A stretch of DNA of 11,950 bases from positions 1-11,950 of the forward strand of contig DAOPNM010000016.1 in assembly GCA_035357435.1 (NCBI GenBank), read 5' to 3'. The notes beneath the pieces were generated by a model. The model was given only the letters and a program-made list of their open reading frames with translations. It ran no database searches and was not told where the DNA came from. This DNA is from an archaeon. GTDB lineage: Archaea; Iainarchaeota; Iainarchaeia; Iainarchaeales; CSSED10-239. Positions 6,806 to 11,950 of the stretch are shown piece after piece. Every line of letters starts with the position of its first letter. Within the stretch, counting starts at the first letter, position 1. Position numbers and translations under genes: made by a program.

Positions 6806-7425
6806 ATTTTCTCACTATTTGTGTTTTCTAAAAATTTTTTTATATTGTCTGTTAAATTGGATTTTTGTGAATTATTTATAATTAATTGGAACGCTTTTTC
6901 TAATAATTCTGGTTTTTTTGAAGTGTACCATATTAATCCATTTTTTCCAATCACTATATTTGATTGGGTGTATTGTTTGAGCATATCAATCATTGAATTG
7001 TTTTTTCCAATAAGTCTTGGTACTTTTACACAAGAAGTAACATATATATTTCCTTTTGGTAGAACATTTATGTTATCTATTTCTACACTATCATAAGATG
7101 TAATTTCTTTTATTCTTGCAAAGATTATATCTCCTATTTTTAATTCTTTTGTAATTGCATTTTTTGGAATATATAATTCGTATGGAGAGTTATATTCTAA
7201 AAAATATCCATTTGGTGTTTCTGATTTAACAATTCCAATTACACCATCTCCTTGTTTGTTAATATATGAACCGTTTAATGCAATTACAGAAACACTATCT
7301 TCTGTTTCTGAAAGAATACCAACAACTGAGCTATATATTTTTCCATTTTCTTGATATACATTTGGCCCCATTTTCTTTCTTAAATCTGTAAGAAATTCTC
7401 CGGGCACAACTATTTTTTTGTCCAT
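6802..7425 (-). CDS. rrp4: Exosome cap subunit Rrp4 (N-terminal, S1 and KH domains)
   Basis: It has the VVPGEFL N-terminal motif, an S1-like GDGVIGIVKSE and a KH segment VPRLIGKNNSMIDMLKQYTQSNIVIGKNGLIWY. The ORF-track start at 7434 is the GTG inside the SD of TAAAGGTGAAAAATATG. The ATG at 7425 is therefore preferred (207 aa). Confidence 0.9.
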   Translation of the reverse strand: MDKKIVVPGEFLTDLRKKMGPNVYQENGKIYSSVVGILSETEDSVSVIALNGSYINKQGDGVIGIVKSETPNGYFLEYNSPYELYIPKNAITKELKIGDIIFARIKEITSYDSVEIDNINVLPKGNIYVTSCVKVPRLIGKNNSMIDMLKQYTQSNIVIGKNGLIWYTSKKPELLEKAFQLIINNSQKSNLTDNIKKFLENTNSEKI

Positions 7426-7436
7426 ATTTTTCACCT

Positions 7437-8129
7437 TTATTCTTGAATGTTTATTATTGCATTTCCATGTGTTATGTTATTTATTTCATTAATTAATTGT
7501 TGTCTCATCCCAGATGGAATTTTTATTTTTGCAATTAAATTTCCATTTTTGTCCCATTTCTGTTCTGTAATTTCATATTTATAAAGTATGCCATTTGCTT
7601 TGCCTGCATGGATTGCAGGGATTTCTATTTCTAATGTGATTTTTTCTAAAGATAATGGCATTACTCTTTTTAATTTTTCTATAATTTCTTCAATTTCTTT
7701 TTCTTTTGGTGTATTAATATTTACTTTTATTTTTAATTCTTCAAAGGCATTTATTATTCTTTGTAATGGTATTGGTGTTTTTGTTTTTGGGTCATGTGCA
7801 TTTCTTGCAATAAAATCCATAATTTCTTTTTCTCTTTTTTCTGTAAGTTCATGTCTTTGTGCCGTTGTTAATTGTACTTCTCCTTCTTTAATTATTTGTT
7901 TTGCAATCGTTTGAAAATCTTCTGTGTTAAATACTTCTTTAAGGATTGTTTTGGGTGTTTCATTTCCTTTTAATGCATCACTATAGACCACGTCATATCC
8001 AATCATGTCATCAAAATTTACATTTTGTCCATGTTTGTAATCCCATGCAAGATATGGATCTATATATATTTCAAAAGTATGTCCATTTTTTTTTAATCTT
8101 GCTAAAACACAATTATCTAATTTTGCCAT
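7437..8129 (-). CDS. sdo1: SBDS/Sdo1-family ribosome maturation protein
   Basis: 230 aa. The N-terminal FYSH-domain pattern VLARLKKNGHTFEIYIDPYLAWDYKHG...DVVYSDALKG and the overall length match archaeal SBDS. AAGGA SD 7 nt upstream of the ATG. Confidence 0.9.
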   Translation of the reverse strand: MAKLDNCVLARLKKNGHTFEIYIDPYLAWDYKHGQNVNFDDMIGYDVVYSDALKGNETPKTILKEVFNTEDFQTIAKQIIKEGEVQLTTAQRHELTEKREKEIMDFIARNAHDPKTKTPIPLQRIINAFEELKIKVNINTPKEKEIEEIIEKLKRVMPLSLEKITLEIEIPAIHAGKANGILYKYEITEQKWDKNGNLIAKIKIPSGMRQQLINEINNITHGNAIINIQE

Positions 8130-8138
8130 ATTTTTTCC

Positions 8139-8582
8139 TTATTTTTTTTCTTTTTCAATTTGTTCTTTCCATATTTGTTGTAAGCTATTAAGTTTTTGTA
8201 TTAAATATTTTACCTTTTCTTCATTTGGTAATTTTTCAAGTTCTGTCAAATACCAGGTAACTGTAAAATTATACGCATCCATATTTTTTATTCTTTCTTC
8301 TGGTTTTTTTGTTAATTTCATAAGTTGTCGAAATGCTTCATTCATTTTTCTATATGCATCATACATTTCTGTACTTGTTTTTCCTTGTACTTTATAATTA
8401 GAAAGTTTTTTTGTAAGCTCCATGTGTTTTCTTTTATATTCATTAAATACTTCTTTTTCTCTTTTTTCTACTGTTTTGTTATAACGAGGTTCAATTCTAG
8501 TTATTTTTTTTAATTCTTCACCTTTTTTTACTGGTTTTATTTCTTTTATTTTTCTTAAATATTTTGGCATTTTCCATAACAT
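8139..8582 (-). CDS. Hypothetical protein, strongly basic and Lys-rich, predicted all-helical, no recognisable domain
   Basis: 147-aa ORF co-directional with the operon, 9 nt upstream of sdo1 and 12 nt downstream of the preceding ORF. Its composition and codon pattern match neighbouring real genes (A-rich sense strand). No Cys and a single His. Basic N-terminal tail MLWKMPKYLRKIKEIKPVKKGEELKK. The start is uncertain (ATG 8582 or ATG 8570). Confidence 0.6.
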   Translation of the reverse strand: MLWKMPKYLRKIKEIKPVKKGEELKKITRIEPRYNKTVEKREKEVFNEYKRKHMELTKKLSNYKVQGKTSTEMYDAYRKMNEAFRQLMKLTKKPEERIKNMDAYNFTVTWYLTELEKLPNEEKVKYLIQKLNSLQQIWKEQIEKEKK

Positions 8583-8594
8583 CCTTTTGTTTTT

Positions 8595-8954
8595 TTAAGG
8601 CATTACACCTTTTCTCATTTTTTCTCTTAATGTTATTAGTTTGTCTAATTGTTTTTGCATTGTTGTTATTAAATATGTTTCTTGTGCTTTCCCTTTTTTT
8701 GTTTTGATCCCTCTTTCAATAGTTATTAAATATTTTTTGTTTGATTCTAGGAATGGTTCTAATTTTTTTTTATTGTATATTTCATACATATTATTTATTC
8801 CATTGGTGATATCGTAGATTCTATCATATAATGCAATTAGTTCATTATTTGTTTTTTTAGGAATGTCTTTTTTAGAATTTAGCCATTCTCTAATAGAAAT
8901 GTCTAGTTCTTGAATTTTTATGTTTAATCTTTCAACATTTGATATATTTCCCAT
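8595..8954 (-). CDS. Hypothetical protein, Lys/Asn/Ile-rich, predicted helical, no recognisable domain
   Basis: 119 aa from the ATG at 8954. The ORF-track start at 8957 is a TTG one codon upstream. A GGAG SD (8962-8965) lies 7 nt upstream of the ATG and directly follows the psmA stop (TAAAGGAGACGATTGATG). No Cys or His. The hydrophobic spacing looks heptad-like. Confidence 0.65.
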   Translation of the reverse strand: MGNISNVERLNIKIQELDISIREWLNSKKDIPKKTNNELIALYDRIYDITNGINNMYEIYNKKKLEPFLESNKKYLITIERGIKTKKGKAQETYLITTMQKQLDKLITLREKMRKGVMP

Positions 8955-8966
8955 CAATCGTCTCCT

Positions 8967-9692
8967 TTATATATATTTAACAAGTTTTTCTTTTGGGACA
9001 ATTGGATTTTTTTCTCCTTCTGTAATATTTAGTACTTCTATATAATTAGGATTAAGTTTTTGTTTTGCTTCTAAATTTAATGATAATGTTTTTATGCCTA
9101 ATTTTAAAGCATCTTCAAAATTCATGTTTTCTTTATAATTTTTTTCTAAATACCCCATTAATTTAGGTCTATTTTGTCCAATTGCAAGTGCTTTATATGC
9201 TGTTGTTGCACCACTTGGCTCAATTTCAAAAATATGTTTTCCTAATGGGTCTATCCCTGCAATCATAAGTGACACCCCAAATGGTCTTGCCCCTCCAAAT
9301 TGTGTATAATATTGAACAATCCCTGCTAGTTTTTCTACAAGTGGTTCTATTTCTATAGGATCATCATAATAGTTTCTATTTTGTTGTGCAATTGTTCTTG
9401 CAAAATCAACCAATCTTCTACCGTCCCCTATTAAGCCAGAACATGCAACCCATATGTGTTGATCAATTTTATATGTTTTTTCTACAGTTTCTGGGATTAT
9501 TAATGGTGAAAATATTTTTTTATCTGCAAATATAATTATTCCTTCTTTGTAGATAATTCCTACTGCTGGACTTCCTTTTTCTATTATTTTACTTGCATAA
9601 TCAACTTGGTATAACCTTCCTTCTGGACTAAATACCGTAATTGATCTATCATATGCTTGTGCTGCAGCATTTGCGTTTGTTGTTGGAAACAT
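8967..9692 (-). CDS. psmA: Proteasome (20S) alpha subunit
   Basis: YDRSITVFSPEGRLYQVDYA is the alpha-subunit signature, and the rest is collinear with Thermoplasma PsmA. The ORF-track start at 9701 is the GTG inside the SD of AAAGGTGAAAAAAATG. The ATG at 9692 is preferred (241 aa). Confidence 0.95.
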   Translation of the reverse strand: MFPTTNANAAAQAYDRSITVFSPEGRLYQVDYASKIIEKGSPAVGIIYKEGIIIFADKKIFSPLIIPETVEKTYKIDQHIWVACSGLIGDGRRLVDFARTIAQQNRNYYDDPIEIEPLVEKLAGIVQYYTQFGGARPFGVSLMIAGIDPLGKHIFEIEPSGATTAYKALAIGQNRPKLMGYLEKNYKENMNFEDALKLGIKTLSLNLEAKQKLNPNYIEVLNITEGEKNPIVPKEKLVKYI

Positions 9693-9798
9693 TTTTTTCA
9701 CCTTTTTATATAGTATATATTATATATGCCATTAATTATAAAAAGATATGCTAATTTATTTGTTTTTTTGCATATATTTTTTATATTTGCATAATTTG
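9693..9798 (-). promoter_or_regulatory. Internal promoter and 5' UTR for psmA and downstream genes; the only sizeable non-coding gap in the 8-kb gene string
   Basis: On the minus strand, the TATA-like CTTTTTATAA (9745 to 9736) lies about 45 nt upstream of the ATG at 9692. A GGTGA SD is at 9699-9703. A direct repeat TTTGCATA occurs at 9767-9774 and 9786-9793 (+ strand coordinates, 19-nt period). Confidence 0.45.
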
Positions 9799-10137
9799 TT
9801 ATTTTGTAAATTGTTTTTGTTTCTTTAATGTATTGCTTATTTTTTGAATCTTTATTATTCCAATTTCTTTGTTTAAAAATAATAAAGAGGAAATAAATTG
9901 ATTAAGATATGTTTTGTTTATTCTAATAATTATTTCGTTTTTTTCATTTATTTCTATAATTTTTAAATTAGTATCAACATCCACAAATAATCCATATATT
10001 TTTTGAAGATTTTTTTTAAAAGTGTTTTCTAATTTATATTTGTCTTGAGTTATTTGTTGTGCATATACCTTTAGTTTTATGTATCTTTTTTTTTGTCTCA
10101 TTGTTGGTTTTATTACACCAATTTTTTTTTTAAGCAT
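9799..10137 (-). CDS. rnp2: RNase P protein component 2 (Pop5 homologue)
   Basis: 112 aa. KPTMRQKKRYIKLKV matches the Pop5 N-terminal motif (LPPTLRxKKRYxxFxV). The C-terminal KISNTLKKQK corresponds to the (V)SGT(I)K(K/R) motif. Conserved position between Rpp30 and psmA. An alternative ATG at 10101 is possible. Confidence 0.75.
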   Translation of the reverse strand: MLKKKIGVIKPTMRQKKRYIKLKVYAQQITQDKYKLENTFKKNLQKIYGLFVDVDTNLKIIEINEKNEIIIRINKTYLNQFISSLLFLNKEIGIIKIQKISNTLKKQKQFTK

Positions 10138-10141
10138 ATTC

Positions 10142-10747
10142 TCATTTTTCTATAATTGTTTTATTTAAAAATCTATTTATTATATTTTCATCTAATTTAA
10201 AATTTAATAAAAAATATGAAACGATTTTCATATCAATTAACTCATTTGTGTTTTTTGCATCACTTATAAATATCATATCCACTTTGTTTTTTTTTAAAAG
10301 TTTTATAATAAAATTCCATTGTTTTATGGCAACATATGGATTTTCTAATAATTCATTTATACTAAACACAATTTTTTTTCCATTAATTTTTGCTAATTTT
10401 GCACATCCTTCATCAAATATTGGTTGTTTCCCTATTGGGTTGTATATAAAATCAATGTTTTTATTGTTTACAAGTTTTAAAATATCGTTTGGTGTGTTCC
10501 CCTGTGCCATTATTATATTGTTTTTTATTTTATTAATTTGTTCTAAATCTTCAAAAAGATATATTGGTTTACAGTTAATGTTTTTGAGTTTTGGTACGTC
10601 TATTTGTTTTTCCAAGTCTTTTTTATTTTTTATTTTTTTTATTATATATACATTTTTGATATTTAGTTGGTTTAGCATATCATTTAATTGTGAATTGTCA
10701 TTAGTTTGTTCAATTATTGTTTCATCAATAAAATCAAAATATTCCAT
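10142..10747 (-). CDS. rnp3: RNase P protein component 3 (Rpp30 homologue, TIM-barrel/PHP-like)
   Basis: 201 aa. The N-terminal YFDF start, the NIDFIYNP...FDEGCAKLAKINGKKIVFSINELL block and the later VDMIFISDAKNTNEL block (SSgA-type motif) fit Rpp30. Gene order (Rpp30-Pop5-psmA) supports the call. The sequence is divergent. Confidence 0.7.
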   Translation of the reverse strand: MEYFDFIDETIIEQTNDNSQLNDMLNQLNIKNVYIIKKIKNKKDLEKQIDVPKLKNINCKPIYLFEDLEQINKIKNNIIMAQGNTPNDILKLVNNKNIDFIYNPIGKQPIFDEGCAKLAKINGKKIVFSINELLENPYVAIKQWNFIIKLLKKNKVDMIFISDAKNTNELIDMKIVSYFLLNFKLDENIINRFLNKTIIEK

Positions 10748-10751
10748 AGTT

Positions 10752-11950
10752 TCACATTTTTTCTGGGATTTTCATATTAAGTAGATATAGTGCATTTTCT
10801 AATGTTATCAAAAAACTTTTTGTTAATAATATTCTAAATTTTTGTGTGTCTTGATCGTCACATAAGATAATATGTTTATCATAAAATTTATTATATGTGT
10901 GTGCTAGTTCTATTGCATAGTTTGCAATTACATTTGGTTTAAATTCTTTCATTGCTGTTAGTACGGTTTCTGGTAGTTCATTCATTTTTTTAATTAAATT
11001 TATTTCTTCTTCTTGTATGTTTTTTATTTTTATATTATCTATTTTTGTGTGTTCTTCATTTATTTTTTTAAGTATGCTTTTTGCTCTTACCCCACTGTAT
11101 TGTATATATGGGGCTGTGTCTCCATTAAGGTCTAGTGCATTATCAATGTTAAATATTAGATTTTTATGTGTGTTTAATTTTAGCATTTCAAAATTTATTA
11201 TTCCAAGCATTAATGTATTTATTGTTGTGTTGTCGTTTTCTAAATTATGCTCTTTTAATATTTCTTTTATTTTTTTTTGTAATGCTTGTTTGAAGTCTTC
11301 ATAAAGAATAATGTTGCCTTCTCTTGATTTTAATATTGCTTTTGAAGTTAATGATACAGTCCCATGGGATATATGAATATGTGTTGTTTCTGGAAAAAGT
11401 AGTTCAAACAATTTAAATAGTTGTTTAAAATAATGCTCTTGTCTATAGTCTGTTACATATAAATAGTTTGTGCATTCTGGATATGTTTCTTTTTTAATCA
11501 ATAAATTTCCAATATCTTTTGCACCATATAGTAGTGCACCATTGCTTTTTACAAGCACTAATATACCTAACTCATATTTTTTTAAATCTGCAATTATTGC
11601 CCCGTCACTTTCATAAATTATGTTTTTATAATTATTTAAAAGTGTATTTTTTATTTCTAAAAATTTTTTTTCAGCTTGGCTTTCAAAAATGTATTTTTCT
11701 AATGTTATTCCTAATTCTTGTGCAATTTCTAAATATCCTTGAAATGATTCTTTTACAAGTTTTTTTAATTCTTGTTGAAGTTCATTATTATTAATAAGTT
11801 CTTGTTGAAGTTTTTCAATTTCTTTTTCTGCGTTTGGGTCTTCTGAATATTTTTTTTCTGCAGACATATAGATTTCCCCAAACCATTTGCTTTTGTTTGT
11901 ATCTGGTATTTTTTGTTTTTGATTATCTAATGATTTGTAATACCATAACC
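10752..11950 (-). CDS. argS: Arginyl-tRNA synthetase (C-terminal ~399 codons; N-terminus lies beyond the right edge)
   Basis: The reading frame stays open upstream of the ORF-track Met at 11867 (…LWYYKSLDNQKQKIPDTNKSKWFGEIYMSAEKK). ArgRS motifs are present: KSNGALLYGAKDIG, YVTDYRQEHYFKQLF, the KMSK-equivalent ILKSREGN, DLNGDTAPYIQYSGVRAKSI, the DALR anticodon-binding helix ANYAIELAHTYNKFYDKHIIL, and the C-terminal ...IPEKM ending in Met, as is typical for ArgRS. Confidence 0.92.
   Translation of the reverse strand, partial: LWYYKSLDNQKQKIPDTNKSKWFGEIYMSAEKKYSEDPNAEKEIEKLQQELINNNELQQELKKLVKESFQGYLEIAQELGITLEKYIFESQAEKKFLEIKNTLLNNYKNIIYESDGAIIADLKKYELGILVLVKSNGALLYGAKDIGNLLIKKETYPECTNYLYVTDYRQEHYFKQLFKLFELLFPETTHIHISHGTVSLTSKAILKSREGNIILYEDFKQALQKKIKEILKEHNLENDNTTINTLMLGIINFEMLKLNTHKNLIFNIDNALDLNGDTAPYIQYSGVRAKSILKKINEEHTKIDNIKIKNIQEEEINLIKKMNELPETVLTAMKEFKPNVIANYAIELAHTYNKFYDKHIILCDDQDTQKFRILLTKSFLITLENALYLLNMKIPEKM

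Noticed and set aside
8139-8957. The inserted ORF pair as a toxin-antitoxin or defence cassette.
   Set aside because: I could see no nuclease or HEPN-type (Rx4-6H) motif, no PIN acidic residues, no HTH or RHH antitoxin-like motif, and no Cys or His clusters. The pair is tightly embedded with SD-coupled junctions in a housekeeping operon and shows no composition break. An accessory-subunit explanation fits better, though remote homology was not testable here.
10122-10131. T10 homopolymer (A10 on the sense strand) in codons 3-6 of the Pop5 gene, considered as a slippage or phase-variation site.
   Set aside because: Runs of 7-10 A/T are frequent throughout this window and simply encode Lys-Lys-Lys. 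There is no evidence of frame disruption.
11769-11812. Exact 14-nt direct repeat TTCTTGTTGAAGTT at 11769-11782 and 11799-11812.
   Set aside because: It lies in frame inside argS and encodes a duplicated LQQEL peptide in a variable helical region. It is a small coding duplication, not a repeat element or regulatory site.
1-11950. Search for tRNA, rRNA, RNase P RNA, C/D-box sRNA or CRISPR arrays.
   Set aside because: There are no GC-rich islands outside conserved coding segments and no regularly spaced repeats. No intergenic space longer than about 106 nt exists. The only RUGAUGA-like strings fall inside coding sequence, for example the Asp/Glu-rich tail of pfdB near 3841-3847.

Overview
This is a very AT-rich, tightly packed archaeal chromosome segment. 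Every recognisable protein is an archaeal or eukaryote-type housekeeping component. The small, divergent proteins suggest a small-genome lineage such as DPANN, but that is inference only.

Positions 3818-11950 on the minus strand form one 15-gene co-directional string. It matches the classical archaeal exosome-proteasome superoperon: argS (partial), Rpp30, Pop5, a 97-106 nt gap with a promoter, psmA, two unknown ORFs, SBDS, rrp4, rrp41, rrp42, eL43, rpoP, Brix, pcc1, pfdB. Most junctions are overlaps (ATGA, 8 nt, 20 nt) or gaps of 2-12 nt, many with GGTGA/GGAG Shine-Dalgarno motifs.

The left 3.8 kb holds four more genes:
- a partial P-loop kinase-like gene (minus strand, runs off the edge);
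- a catalytically intact form III RuBisCO large subunit (plus strand);
- a convergent Kef/CPA2-type cation:proton antiporter with a C-terminal RCK domain (minus strand);
- a small HTH protein (plus strand).

I saw no tRNA, rRNA, CRISPR array or mobile element.

The most unusual content is a pair of uncharacterised Lys-rich helical ORFs (8139-8954) wedged between psmA and the SBDS gene, a junction that is normally direct. Other points worth a look:
- RuBisCO without its AMP-pathway partners in the window, next to a kinase-like gene;
- a perfect 27-nt palindrome across two convergent stop codons;
- a 42-aa rpoP gene absent from the ORF track;
- two ORF-track starts that are GTG codons lying inside the ribosome-binding site.
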